A stretch of 64,000 nucleotides of DNA from Amoebidium appalachense. Lineage: Eukaryota > Protista > Ichthyosporea. The DNA lies in the NCBI GenBank assembly GCA_963693365.1, contig CAVNZM010000017.1:3391375-3455374 (forward strand), in the 5' to 3' direction. The first letter of the stretch is position 1, and the number at the start of each line of letters is the position of its first letter. The notes beneath the pieces are model-generated. The model saw only the letters and a program-made list of their open reading frames with translations, was not told where the DNA came from and did no database searches. The translations under genes and the position numbers were made by a program. Below, in pieces: positions 1 through 14,514 of this stretch.

Positions 1-88
1 CGAAGATGACCATGCATCACAGATGACGATACCCGAAGCGTGAAGTTCAGGCGTGGCCACTCGCCACTTCTTCTTGAGCTCACAAAGA
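1..88 (-). CDS. Possible internal exon of a gene running off the left edge
   Basis: Minus strand shows GCTGAT..TATTTGCAG, the same branch-point/acceptor style as the other genes, followed by an open frame LCELKKKWRVATPELHASGIVICDAWSSS. No homology recognised. Confidence 0.25.
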
Positions 89-242
89 CTGCAAATAATC
101 AGCGATCGAGGTATGGTGAGGTGCATCAAAAATCTTAAAATTAGTTAGGGAAGTTGAAATAAGTAAACAAACAAGAAAAAAGAAAGAAAGAAAAACGAGC
201 AACGTGGACTGCGTTATCTCGCCCCGGGTCCCCCAACTTTGA

Positions 243-274
<32 letters not shown>

Positions 275-1424
275 CCTTCCCCCCCCCCCTCCCCCCGGCC
301 CCTCCCCCTCCATCCCCCCCTCTCCTCTCTCGTGCCCCATGGGCTCCCAACCCGGCTGGCCCACCTACCCCTCGTCTACCCCGTCACAGCCACTTCCGGC
401 ACGCATCATTTCTCGGGAAAAAAACATCTAATGTTCAGTTCTGATGTTCAGTGACGTGAGCCAGGTATTTGAATTCGAATAAAGCAGCAGACTTCACATA
501 TCATGGTTGGGTATTCCCTGGGGCATATCCATGCCGTTCTTGTCACCTGACACCATCTCCCTCTCATCTTACTCACACTCTTCTACATGCACACGCACGT
601 GAACTATGTGCACATAAAACTTCACACGTGCAAGCGTATACAGATGCACACCACCATGCATGGCAGCACCGAGTCGGAAACACGTCGACACACACCTCAT
701 GATCATATACCAAACAACATGAACACACGCACACACCCACAAACACACACACACCGTCGCGCGCAACCACCTGTATACGCGCACTGCCAGAGACCCACCA
801 ACACCAAAGACCTGTGGCAGCCGTCATGCACACACACTCACACACACACACGTGTACACACATGGCATGGACACATCATAACAAGCACAAACAAAAGCAC
901 GCGCACACACAAAACATACGAATAAAGGCGTTGCCCCAGCTTTTAAGGAACACAAAATCCAGTTTAAGTGTGCCAAGGGCGCGGGAAGGGGTGGTGGGGG
1001 AGGTGGGTGGGTGGCTGGGTGGGTGGGTGGGTGGGGGGGTGGGTGGGTGGGGGGGGGGGGGGGGGGAGGAGGAGATGGGAGAGAGAGAGAGAGAGAGGGG
1101 GGGGGGAGGGGGGGGGGGGGGGGAGAGAGAGGGGGGGGGGGGGGAGGGAGAGAGGAAGAGGAAGAGGGGGGGAGGGGGGGGGGGGAGAGAGAAAGGGAGA
1201 GAGAAAATGAGAGACAAGGTTAGATAAGTTTCGCAACCTTCACCGATCACAGTGTGTACAAGTTTTAGATTATATTACCACTCTGCACTGCATATTTGTG
1301 ACGCCGAATTAGACCCGGGGGCGGGGGGGGGGGGGGGGGGGGGGGGGGGGATGGGGGGGAGAGAGGCGAGAGGGAGGAGCGAGTGTGTGTGAGATCTCGA
1401 GAGAGATCTAGAGAGAGATCTGGA

Positions 1425-1506
<82 letters not shown>

Positions 1507-2234
1507 GGGGGGGGGGGGGGGGGGGGAGGGTGCGTATGTGTGTGTATGTGTATGTGTGGGAGGGAATGAGGGAGGAAGGAGGGAGCTCCGAGCTCAGATG
1601 GAGTGAAGGAGAGTGAGAGGGAGGAAAAGAGACAGGGGGGGGGGGGGGGGGAGGGGGGGGGGGGGAGAGAGAGATTTTAGAGGGAGGGAGAGAGCGAGAG
1701 GAAGAGAGGGAGAGAGCGAGAGGAGCAAAGAGAGTCCGGGAGGGAGGAGGGCACGAGATGGCCGGGGGCTGGGGGGGAGGGAGGGACAACGGTTTTTGCC
1801 ACCAATACATCCACACACCCTTTACTACGACGTCCTTATATGTATGTTGAGTAGCAGCAGCACATTTCCCGTGATGATCCCTCCGAGCTCCCCCCGGTCC
1901 CCTCAAGCTTGCCCACCTCCGAGACCTGTGCTACGTGTAAACCCGAGGTTTACACCCGAGGTTTCTACCCGTGCAACAGCCAATGACAATGCCCGACAAT
2001 GATCGGATTAACCATTTCGGATGCAAACGGCTTTATCGAAGATGATAAAAACGAGCAGCACACACGCAACAGGTCTCTTTCTTTCTTTTTTGCCTCGGGG
2101 TTGTCTGATTCTTCCTTTGTGGTTCAGTTTTTCTTGCAAAGGCCGGACGTGGGCGATGTCAAGGCCCAATAAAGTTCCAATCTGTCACGAGCGGGCCCCG
2201 TTTTGATCCTTGGGTCCCTACTTAACTTTCCCCG

Positions 2235-2351
2235 CACGGCAGTCCTGTGCCGTTGTGGGTTATACGGGTAGGGCACAGTGACGCGGGCCCTTCAGCGGTC
2301 CTGCCCCTCACTGGGCGGGAGCGGTAGGTGGCTCGCTACACACAACCCACT
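2235..2351 (+). other. Candidate structured (pseudoknotted) RNA element
   Basis: GTGGGTT..AACCCAC encloses GGGTAGGGC/GTCCTGCCC (pairs with G-U only on the + strand), with a crossing CAGTGA/TCACTG helix and an inner CGC/GCG. A 5' hairpin CACGGCA/TGCCGT precedes it. Confidence 0.3.
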
Positions 2352-3607
2352 TTGTTTTTATATGTGTCGTGTATTGCCTGTGCTTGCGTTCTTGGCTTGC
2401 TAGGATTTAGTGTGTGCAGCTGGCCGCTTTTTTCTGTGTGTGTCCCAGTGATTGCCTCTTACCTGCTGGACTTGAAACGAAGAGCATACACCTAGCAGGT
2501 GGTTTTGTTCCCTGCCTGGGCTGTTTTGTAGTTGCGTACAAATCTTATTCTCGGGTGGCTTTCACTTAGCCACACGGCTTATATTGTACGCTAGAGCAAC
2601 GTTTTTTGTACTCCCGCTTCCCCTTCATGGGAATGACGGGGTTGAATGACTACTACATTTTCTTGTGCAACTTGGTTGACGTGCATACTGCAGCTAATAT
2701 GGTCCAGGACTTGCACAGTGTGCGCTGCTCCGGACTTGTCTTCACTTCAAAGAAAATACAATAAAACTCACCCTGGCTCGAATTTCTCCTGCGCCTGTTT
2801 ACGGCTATGGTGTGAGGGAACCAGCCTTAACCATTACGTGTTCGGTGGCCTCCTATAGCTACAATCGGGTGCTACAACATGGCTACTTGCACGTAGATGA
2901 GCAGCCAAGTACTCCGTCTCTTGGAAATGCTTCATAGAGGGGAAGGTGGTGGTATGCTTGACATACGAGCATTTGTGGATGTTCCACTTTGTTGGTGGCA
3001 GAGACCTTGGATGCAATGCCAAGGAGGTTTTTAAAGGCCACACAGTGGCATGGGCAACAGAGAGCTGCTTGTTATATTACCTGGTACAAAAAGGCAACCA
3101 CACATGGGCTAATGGTTTCATATAAAATGTGTACGACTACGTATACGACTGTACAGTAATAGCGTTTATAGAAAGATGCTTCTTCAGCATCCCTGTTCTT
3201 TTCTATTTAGAATTACATGCACCGGCAACGGCACAGATCCCTATAAAAAAAGCAGGAATATATTACAATACTGATGTGAAACTTGGTTTGATGACGGCAA
3301 TGGCTATGGCCAAGGCCATGAATTAGCCGAGGGGGCGGAACTGAGTTAACCATGTCTATGTATTGTACAGTGACGTGTGGTGCAGACCCCTAAATATACA
3401 TTGTAAAAGTATAGGAAAAGTACATCTGTAGGAAAAGTACATCTGTACATGTCTGGTGTAGGGCCCCAAATGTAGCCCTTTATGCTACTTAATGCTATAT
3501 AGTTACATGTGTAATATTATACATGCCCGCCCCCCTTGTGCCTGTATGTACATACATGTACACCTACCTACCTATGTTGGTGTTGACGGTGCATCTTATC
3601 ACTCATC

Positions 3608-3927
3608 TTATCTGCTGTCTTGTGCGCTACGGAGGTCCGCCAAAGGAATGTTGCTTGGTGTGAGCTTGAGGGGCACGGTGAGGGATGAGCGGGGGCTGTT
3701 CTTCCTTTTTAGTGCCCACGCTATGCCCGTGAAGAGAGCAAAGGTGGAGACAAGCAGGGCGCACCACACGTAGAAGCACACGGCCAACCACGTGGGGGCG
3801 TCTGCCTTCTGCAGGCCCAGGCCCACGTTGACCAGGCCGCCCAGGCAGGCCGTGTAGCCCAGCAGCACGTGCACGGTCTGCCACACCTGCCGAATGCTCT
3901 GCACGTGCTTGGTCAGTGTGCGTGTGT

Positions 3928-3962
<35 letters not shown>

Positions 3963-4304
3963 GGGGGGGCACGTGATTTGGGCACATGTGTGTGAGCACC
4001 CGTAAACACCTTTGTGTGTGCTTGGAAGTGCGCCAACTTGTGCGTGGCTGTCGTGGTGGTGGGGGTAGGGGTGCGAGCATTGGAATGTTTTTGTGTCTCC
4101 GTAAACACCTTGTGTGGGTGTGTGTGCTTGGAAGTGCGCCAACTTGTGCGTGGCTGTTGTGGTGGTGGTGGTAGGGGTGCGAGCATTGGAATGTTTTTGT
4201 GTCTGTGTGTGTGTTTTTTTTTCCCCCTATTTCTTTTTTCTCTTTCTTCTTCTTTTCTCTCTCTCTCTTCCCCCCCCCCCCTCCCCCTCTGTGTGTGTGA
4301 GTGT

Positions 4305-4335
<31 letters not shown>

Positions 4336-4354
4336 GGGGGGGGGGAGGGGGGAG

Positions 4355-4406
<52 letters not shown>

Positions 4407-4422
4407 GTGGTGGTGGTGGTGG

Positions 4423-4474
<52 letters not shown>

Positions 4475-5764
4475 GGGGGGGGGGTTTGAATGCGGAACAC
4501 GGTGCGAAGTACGCATACACGATGAGAAGCATGGTGCAGGACACATGCAAAGGCAAACATTCAAGTATGCAACATCAGCCATGCGCACAGTATGCGTCAT
4601 AAGCAGAGCCCATCCTCAGGGAGGGCCCAAGTCATCAATCGCGTCTGAGTTTCGACCCTTGGGGGGGGGGGGGGGGGGGTCATACTGATTCCTGGCCCTT
4701 TGGTGCTGGTGCAGGGCGGACAATTGATATCAGCGGCAGCAGAATGCTCAGGCCCACCACCACTATGCCCAGCAGCTGGGGGGAGTGGGTGTAAGCTAGG
4801 GGTAGGGCGCAATTGTAACAATAAGGGTCTGTCTAGCTATTGGTGGCTTGAAAGTGCGCACCGAATCTACTGCCGGAACATTCCCCCTCTCGGCCCCCGG
4901 CCCCCTTCTCCCGAAAAACATGCACATACAGCCAAAGCTAGTCCGTGTGGACGGTTGGTGGGGGGTGCAAATATTAATTTATCGGCTGGCTGTCATCGAG
5001 ACCCTTTCAAATAAAAAGTTTTAGACCTGGTTTCATCAGAAGTGGGGGTATAAATGTGTGCGTGTGCGTGCCTGAGCCCTGTTTGTTGAGCGTGTGTATG
5101 GGCGGGTGTGGGTGTGGGATAACATTTTGTATGAGTGTATGTACACTTATGTGTCTCTCTGTGTATGTGTGCGCGCGTGTCTTTGTGTGGTGTGTACGTG
5201 TGCAGGTGTGTGTCTTACGTGCATGTGGATGTATGTGTGTGTGGCTGTGCCTGTGTGCATGCCTGCATGCATGTGGATGTATGCGCATGTGCCTGTGTGT
5301 GTGTGTGCCTGTGCCTGTGCCCGTGTGGGTGCGTACCTGGTGTGCCTTTGCCGTGAAGCCATCGACCATCCTCACGGCCACCACCAGCCCGGCTATGGTC
5401 AGCCCCATGGCACACAACTGCACGCGGGTATCAGCATGCAAGTGTGGCATAAAGCATGCATGCATACATGTCACTGGCTATGACATACACACACAACCAA
5501 GGCTGACACTATGATACCCTGATTGGATGGTGTACACACCATTGCAACTAGGGTCTATATGCATCTTGTTTTTCGGTATTTGAGAAACAGCACTTGCATG
5601 AGAGTAACTATGTCCATTAGAGAGAGTGATAATATCAGAGTCAGGTATGCTGGAGTAGATGAAGGGGCCTACCTGCATGATGGAGTGCAGGTAGAACCAT
5701 GTCGCTGCATAGCGACCTCCTGCCACCCGCGGCTGCACCCACCCACAGTCAGTATGTAACCCCC

Positions 5765-5825
<61 letters not shown>

Positions 5826-6029
5826 TTCCCATCCCCCCACCGCTCCCACAATCACCACACCTATTCCGTGCCCAACCCACAAGCGTAGGCGCGCGCACAC
5901 ACACACACATGCACTCACACATGCATCCAAGCAGGGGCGCATGTACAGGCGCACACACGCACACGCACACGCACACGCACACGCACACGCACACGCACAC
6001 GCACACGCACACGCGCGCGCGCGCGCGCG

Positions 6030-6081
<52 letters not shown>

Positions 6082-6362
6082 ACACATTCCCGCCCTTCTT
6101 CCCCTCCCCCCTCACATCCATCCATATGCCCACCCACCTTGACAAACCTAGCCACCATAATAGCTGAAGGCACCAGGCCGGCCCAAGCCACCCCCATGAC
6201 TATGCCGTGTGTGCGTGTGGACCGTGTGGAGGGGCCTGGTGTGGGTGACTGCAGGCAGGCAGGCAGGTCCACACTCACAGACCCCCGGGACAGGGGACCA
6301 TGGTGGCTCAGTGCACCAGAGCCCCATGCATAGATCAGGTGCATCGGCTGTGTGGTCTGTGT

Positions 6363-6430
<68 letters not shown>

Positions 6431-6760
6431 TATGTTTTGGTGGTGGTGGTGGTGGGGGGGGGGGGGGGGGGGGGGGGTTTGAATGCGTCAAAAAGTACGA
6501 AGTACACAAGAACAAACGGATAACACGATGCAGAATGCAAGCCATACATAAAGAGTATGCATAATAAGCAGAGCCCATCCTCAGGGGGGGCCCACGTCAT
6601 CCACAGTACCCGAGTTTCGACCTATTCCCCTCGTTAACGAAACCCAACTCAGATACTGTTTCACTTGAACATGAGTAGGTCACCCGTCTTGATCAGAGAC
6701 GAGCAGGGTTGCTTATGCAGGCAAGGGCAGTGGGAAAGGCCGGGGGTTAAAGTTGCAGCA

Positions 6761-6791
<31 letters not shown>

Positions 6792-7258
6792 GGGGGAGAG
6801 GGAGGAGGGGAGGGGAAGGGGGGGGGGAGGGGGGGGGGGGAAGGGGGGAGGGTTGAGTGAGTCCTTGTTTGTGTGTGCCTGCATTCGTGTATGATTGAGT
6901 ATAAACTATGTTTGGATCGAAAGATTGGATATGTCCTCTCTCCGTATATGTGCTTTTTTCTAGGAATGTCTCATTTATCCGGTTTTGTGCATTTGGCTAT
7001 AACATCGTGGTTGCTATAAATGTGCCCCTATGGCGGTGAGTACTGTGTGCACACACCTGCAGGTACTGGGTGGTGTCTGCCGGGTAGATGAACTCGATGG
7101 TGGTGGTGTTGCTGCCGTGGGTGCCAACAAGAGACACCCGGCCATTGGTAATTGTCAGTACAGCCTGCAGGCACCAGGGGTCAGTGGCAAAATATGCACA
7201 CAGTTATATGTGTTTACAAATAGTTTCATGAACACATAACACACACACATACATACAG

Positions 7259-7312
<54 letters not shown>

Positions 7313-7518
7313 ACCTGCGGGGTGACTGCTGCGGGTGCCCTCCCAGTGAGGTTGTACTCTGTGACGGTGTTTTCCCCCACCAGGCCCACTGCCGCCACGG
7401 CCGGGGCCATGCTGAAAGCACTGCCTGCAAGCCCCACGGCAACCCTGCACGTGTGTGTCAGCACGTGAACAAAATGATACGTGCGTGTGTAGCAAATGCA
7501 CGTGCACAAGGGGAGATA

Positions 7519-7591
<73 letters not shown>

Positions 7592-7817
7592 ACAAATGCA
7601 CGTCCACATGGAGAGATTGTAGGTGCGCACACCTACAGGTGTATGTGGTGCCTAGATGTGCACACAGGGAGGTAACGAAAGAGTGTGGCAAGCGCATGTG
7701 CGCACAGGCTATGGAGGTAGCACGCACGTGTTGCCATCCTTTAGCCCATTTGTACAGTGACGGGGATGTGTGTGTTCGTGTGTAGAAGAAGGGGATGTGG
7801 GGGGGGGGTTTGAATGT

Positions 7818-7857
<40 letters not shown>

Positions 7858-8095
7858 TTGAATGCGTCAAAAAGTACGAAGTACACAAGAACAAACGGAT
7901 AACACGATGCAGAATGCAAGCCATACATAAAGAGTATGCATAATAAGCAGAGCCCATCCTCAGGGGGGGCCCACGTCATCCACAGTACCCGAGTTTCGAC
8001 CTATTCCCCTCGTTAACGAAACCCAACTCAGATACTGTTTCACTTGAACATGAGTAGGTCACCCGTCTTGATCAGAGACGAGCAGGGTTGCTTGT

Positions 8096-8133
<38 letters not shown>

Positions 8134-8505
8134 AGAGCCTTGAGTTCTCACCATGCAGGTTGTGGCTGCATGGCAAACACAGCGCTTATTCTCATCTCTC
8201 TGCCCTCCAGCACCCATCTCACCTGCACACCCCCAGGCCCTTCCACCGTGCCCCCCAATACCCCCCCCTGCCTGCCACACGTGCTTGCAGGCGCAGCATT
8301 TGAACTGGCCATCTGGGGGGTCACGGTGGCTACTGGGGTGATGGCTGGTTGGTTGGTGGCCGTGGGGGATGGCTGGGACACAACTAGCACGGCGGCTTGG
8401 GGGGCTGGTTGGGTCTCGACAGGCGTGGGGAGGGGGGTGCTGGTGGTGGTGGGCTGCAGCACGCAATAGGATGTGATTAGTAGGGGGAGAGAGGAGGTAG
8501 GGGAA

Positions 8506-8541
<36 letters not shown>

Positions 8542-9689
8542 TGAAGCAGATGAGGCAGTCGAGGGTTCAGTCTGGTGGATGCTAAGGGAAGAGTGGGTGT
8601 GTGCTCTTAGGTGCAGACATGTGTGGCACGTGCATTACTGTTAAGTTTTTGTAGTGTAAGTGCGCATGTGTGGCGGTGTGCATATGGTTTCTGTGTACCG
8701 AAGTTTTCTGTGTGCATGTATTTCTGTGTCGAGTGTTTGTGTGTTCACGTGTCTCTGTGTATGTTTGTGTGTGCATTTGTTTTTGTTTGCAAATGTTTAT
8801 GTATGCATGTGTGCATTTGTTTTGTTTGCAAATGTTTCTGTATGCATGTGTTTGTGTGACCGTTTTCCCTCTTGCATGTGTGTCTATACGCATGTGTTCC
8901 CGTGTGCACTTTCCCTCTTTGCATGTGTGCCTGTCTTCGTCTGGGTGCACGTGCACGTGTACATGTGTGTGCGCACGTGCGTGTGTACATGTGTGTGCGC
9001 ACGTGCACGTGTACATGTGTGTGCGCACGTGCACGTCCCCACCAGCAGCATTCTTCCGTCGACACTGCAGTCATCCAAGTGCAGGGTCAGTGCGGCCCTG
9101 CTGTTGTCATGGTAACCGAACAGCCCCTTTCCCGATGCCATGACCACGTGCACCCTCTTGCTGGGCCCAACCTGCATGCCCCCATAGTATCAGTAGGTGC
9201 CATTGGCTACAATGCTTGCACCAAAAATGGCCACCAATCGGAACAGGGCAGGTTCTTTTGATACCGTTGGTTGGCTATTTGACACTTAACAGCCATTACT
9301 CTGAGCCAAAAAAGAAGAAGAAGAAAATGCATATGTAGATTGCACCATGGCTTGCCGATTGTATGACTGCAAAGACTTCCCTTGTGCCGATTGGTGGTCA
9401 ATTTCGGCGCAAACGTTGTGGCCACCATGTGTGAACATCCAAAAAGCCACTGTTTTCGTTCTTTCCATTTTTTTTTTTTTTTTTTTGGTGGTTATGTGAC
9501 CTACCGGCTGTGTGGCCTCTGGCAGTGCATCTGTGTGCATCTGCACGTACAGGCTTGTGTTGTTGTTGCCCTGCACTAGTTTGCTGGAGGCTAGGATCAC
9601 CCCTGGCGTCTGCAACCCCACACAGTCAGCACACCCCGGCATTCCCCATCCCCCCCCCCCCCCCCCCCGCAAAACACACACGTGCGCAA

Positions 9690-9741
<52 letters not shown>

Positions 9742-10193
9742 GGAGCATGCACCACGTACCACCCTTGTGATGCCGCTTGCAGCCTTCTGAGTGAGCACAT
9801 ACTCAGCTGTGCTGTTTATGTCCATAGTGCCCACCACGGCGTATGCATTGGCCATGCTGCCGTTGCGGTCGGCAAGCCCCAGCCCCAGCCTGCACGTGCA
9901 TACGGGTGAGTACGTGTGCACTTGCATGTGTGTGTGTGTGTGGGGTGTAGAGGTGTGTATGTGATGGGCGTGTGCACTTGCATGTGTGTGTGTGGGGTGT
10001 AGAGGTGTGTATGTGATGGGCGTGTGCACGTGCATGTGTACCTTGTGCAGCTTTGCTGTGAGCCACGTGTCCAAGCATGTGCTTGTGTGTGCATGCACGT
10101 AAGGTTATCGATTGCTTCAGCGCTAAACAGGCAAGCAGGCTGCATGCAGCCATGTGGTAACTTGGTTATGTTTGTATGTGTGTGTGCGTGTGT

Positions 10194-10271
<78 letters not shown>

Positions 10272-12269
10272 GCGCGCGCGTGTCTATGTATGTATGTATG
10301 TATGTGTGCTCGCGCATGTGTGTGTGCACATGTGCAGGTGTGCAAGTGTGTGTGTGTGTGTGCATGTGTATTTGGAGCGTGACTGGTTGGTTGGTGAGGG
10401 AAGGGAGGGGGGGGGGGGGGGAGGGGGGGGGAGGGGGGGGGGGGGGAGGGGGGAGGAGGTGTGCACATACCACCCAGTGTTCATTGGTGCGTCAGTGACC
10501 CAGACCATCGTGAGGGTGCTCTTCCCACTTGCCCATCTCAGTGTGCCCATGCCAGACACCACCACCTCCCCATCCATCCCCACTGGTCTACTGACACACC
10601 CACTGCCTGCCTGCTGCACACTAGTGGTTGTGGCTGGGAGGGTGGTTTGCGTGGGTGGGGTGGAAGGGGCTGTTGTGGTGGTGGGTGGTGGGGTGGGTGT
10701 TGTGGTGGTGGTGTTTGCAGCAGGGCACAGGCCAAACACGAGCAGGGTCGAGCCTCTGGTTGTGCCGTGGAAGCCAAAGGGGCCCTGACCGTAGGCATAG
10801 ATGAGGAAGTTGGCCTCGTGTGTCTGCGGAGGTGGGGGGTTAGGCACTGCATCACGTATGCATTACATGTAGTGCTTGCTTGCCCCCCAAACACCCACCC
10901 ATCCACCCCCTCCCTCCCCCCGGTTCCTATCCATCTTGTTCCCCCCTCCCCACCACACACACACACAAAAAAAAAAAAAAAGAAAGAAAGAAAGAAAGAA
11001 AAAGAAAAGAAAGAAAGAAGGAAAAAGAAGGAAAAGAAACAGAGGAAAGAGAGCACTAGCACATGCAATCAATGCAGGGTGTGATTGGCCAGTCACCATG
11101 ATCTGGGCGGCACCAGTAGGTTCCAGCAGTCTCGTGATGTCCAGCACGGTGCTGCCATTAGCCACGTGCAGGCTCCCAGTCACGTGGTTCTGATTGGCCT
11201 AGAAGGGGGGTCAGCTCACGTGCCAGGGGCATGCGTGTGTGCTGGTGTGTGCTTGTGCTCCGTGTGTGTGCGTGCGTGCGCGCCCGCGCGCGCGCGTGTG
11301 TTCGTGTGGTTTCATGTGTATGCTTGTGATCCCTGCAAGCATGCACATGGGCATGTTCGTGTGTTTGTGCTTGTGAAGTCATGCATGCATGCACGTGAGC
11401 CTTCTCCATGTGTGTGTGTGTGTGTGATTGTGTGTGTCGGGAATCTCCTGCATGCACACACGTGTGCGTGTTCGTGTATGCGTGGGTGTGAACCGCCTGC
11501 ATGCATGCACGTATTTCCTTGTCACCTCCAACAGACCCTCTCTCCCCCCCCCCCCGCGCAACCAAACAGTACACCCCCATCCCCCACTCACCAACAGTGT
11601 TATTGCGCCGGCGTCTCTCCCCCCCAGTGCATACTCGGCCACCTGGCCGCTGGGCATTAACCCCACCACGGCATCAGCACTGACCATGCTGTGTGGCCGG
11701 TCACTGAACCCTAGACCCATCCTGCACAAGTGAGGGTTAGGAGGTGGGTGCTGGTCAGGTGTGGGGGTGTATATAGTGGTGTGTGTGGTGTCTGTGGGGT
11801 CGAAGGGATGTATTTGCATGTGTGTGGGCTGTGTGGTGGCTTGGCTGAATCCATGCCATGATGCAGGGGAAGTGCCTGTTTGTGTGTGCAGGGTGCATGT
11901 CTTGTTGTGTTTGTGTCTGCACGTGAATATGCTGGTGTCTTGTGTGTGCATGTGAATACATTGGTGCCCTTGTGTGTGCACAGACATACCATGGTGTGTT
12001 TGTCGTGCATCTGCATGTTTTTATATGTCTTTGTGCGTGCATCTGCATGTTTTTATGTGTCTTTGTGTGTGCTCCTAAGTCACTTTGTCCTTGTGTGTTT
12101 GTGCGTGCACATGCAAATCTAGTTGGGCTTGTGCATGCACGTGCATATCTCGGTATTTCTGTGCAAGCACATGCACAAGGAGGCAGCCCATAGCCAGTAC
12201 CCATTTTACTTATCCCCCCCCCCCCCCCCCCCCCGCCCCTGCCCCCCTTCCCCCCCCCCCCCCCCCCCC

Positions 12270-12302
<33 letters not shown>

Positions 12303-12705
12303 ACCAGCCTGCCTGCAGCACCCCCTCGACCACCATCCTAGCCCTCAGCCTGTCCCCCCTCACGGCCCACCGCAGAGTCACCCCCGGGCCAAGATCGGCC
12401 TCACTGTCCAGGTCCGGGTCACGGCTGGCGCGGCAAAACTGCTGGCCCGTGGGTACTTGGGGAGGTCTGTTGGTGTCTGGCAGGGGGTCAAGGAGTAGGC
12501 TGTCATCGGTCAGGTCGACATTGTCGTCTATGGTGCTTGCTGGGGGGGGGGGGGGGGGGGGGGGGGGGGTCAGGTGAAGGGTGGGGGTGTGCATGGAATC
12601 GCGCATGTGTGTGCCTTATGTGTTTGTGTGTTGTATATTGTGTGTTTGTGTGTTGTATGTTGTGTGTTGAGTGTTGAGTGTTGTGCGTTGTGTGTGTGTG
12701 TGTGC

Positions 12706-12739
<34 letters not shown>

Positions 12740-13384
12740 CTGTGTGCGCGCACGTGCGTGTGTGTGTGAATGTACGTGTTGATACGAGCGCATATGCCGG
12801 GCATGTGCAAAACCACACATCAAGACGACTGCAAAAGACATTCCCGTTCCCATCCACCCATTTACACACACACCTTCCATCTGTGCTGCTGCTTGAATGA
12901 TGCCAGTGGTCTGCATTTGTGCCGTGGTGGTGGCCGCAGGGGGCATCAGAGGGAGTGTAGGCAGTATTTGGCTCTGTGTGGTGGGGGCCACAGGCAAGGG
13001 GGATGGGGGTGGGGCCTGGGTGGAGCAGTGGGAGAGATCTATGGTCACAGCCCCCCTACTGGTGGGTCCATGGTAGCCGGGGGTGGCAGCAAGCCCGTAG
13101 GCATAGATCAGTTGCGTGGGCCCTGTTGCCTGCAAATGGGAGGAGTGAGGCAGAATCATGCAAAGGCACTGTTCACGCAAAATAAGGACTAGGGGTTGAA
13201 CGTGTATGTCGGTGTTTCTCTAGGTTTGCCCAATGGCCCCCCACACAAACACACACACATGCACACGCGCGCGCGTACATGCACACACACGCGCGCGTAC
13301 ATGCACACACACACACGCTCACACGCACACACACACACACACACACAAACTCAAATAAACACACACACGCACACGCACACGCAC

Positions 13385-13420
<36 letters not shown>

Positions 13421-14149
13421 TGACCTGCACGCCTGCAGGCATCACCGTGTCCAGTGGCCAGGTGAAGTGCAGCACACTCTCTCCGCTCTGGATCAGTGCA
13501 CTCGTGTCCCCAATGCTTACCTGCGCCTGTGGTCATGGTCAGGCACGTGGTGTGTGGGAACACTGAAACGAGAATGTGTGCACGTGTGTTAAGATGATTG
13601 TAGCGGACGTGCCCATGTCCTGATCAACAGTATTGTGGGTGTGCAATGTGCGTGCTTTGATGCAGTTCATCATCTCTGTCATGTTAGTGTGTGTGTGTGC
13701 ACAGCTGATTGCAATGTTGTGTTGAGGGCGCCATGGATGTGTGTTTGTGTGTGTGCACCATCGTGCATGATTGTGGCGTTTATTTCCTCTTGCATCCTTG
13801 AACTGTTGCATGTCGGCTGGCTGGGCGTGTTTGTGCATGATACATGCAACCATGTGTGCGCTTGAACATGTCCCCCCCCCCCCCCCCCCCCTCCCCCAAC
13901 CCGCTAGCGTCATAACATCTTAGTATACATTGCATGTGTGTGTGCACTTGTGTGTGATTATATGTACACGTGTGTCAGTGTGTGCGCACAGGTTTGTGTG
14001 TTCACGCATTTGGTAAACATGTGTGTGGGTACGTGTCTGTGTGTGCATGCATTTGTGCAAAACACGTGTGTACCCGCGTATGTGTGTGCACGTGTTTGTG
14101 TTCACCGTTTGTGTGTGCACGTGTTTGTGTGCAGGACATGTACACACAC

Positions 14150-14194
<45 letters not shown>

Positions 14195-14202
14195 ATTTGT
14201 GT

Positions 14203-14234
<32 letters not shown>

Positions 14235-14463
14235 TTGTGTGTGTGCACGCGTGTTTGTGTGCACACTTTGTGTGTGTGTGTGTGTGCACGTGCCTGCTCT
14301 GCGATGGCATTTTTCCTGCGTGCGGTCATGGCCACCTGTGTCACGGTGCCCAGCCTGTAGCTGGCAATGACGGCATCGGCAGGCACCATGCTGCCTGCCT
14401 GCTGCGCAAAACCCACAGCAAACCTGCAGGGCACACAGTGAGTGGTATGTGTGTGTTGTTTGT

Positions 14464-14514
<51 letters not shown>

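Noticed and set aside
6570-6625. Hammerhead-like CTGAGGA and CGAAAC motifs on the minus strand of the repeated element
   Set aside because: The order and stems do not give a valid type I/II/III fold. The conservation is better explained as the coding end GRNS..DD.GPP*.
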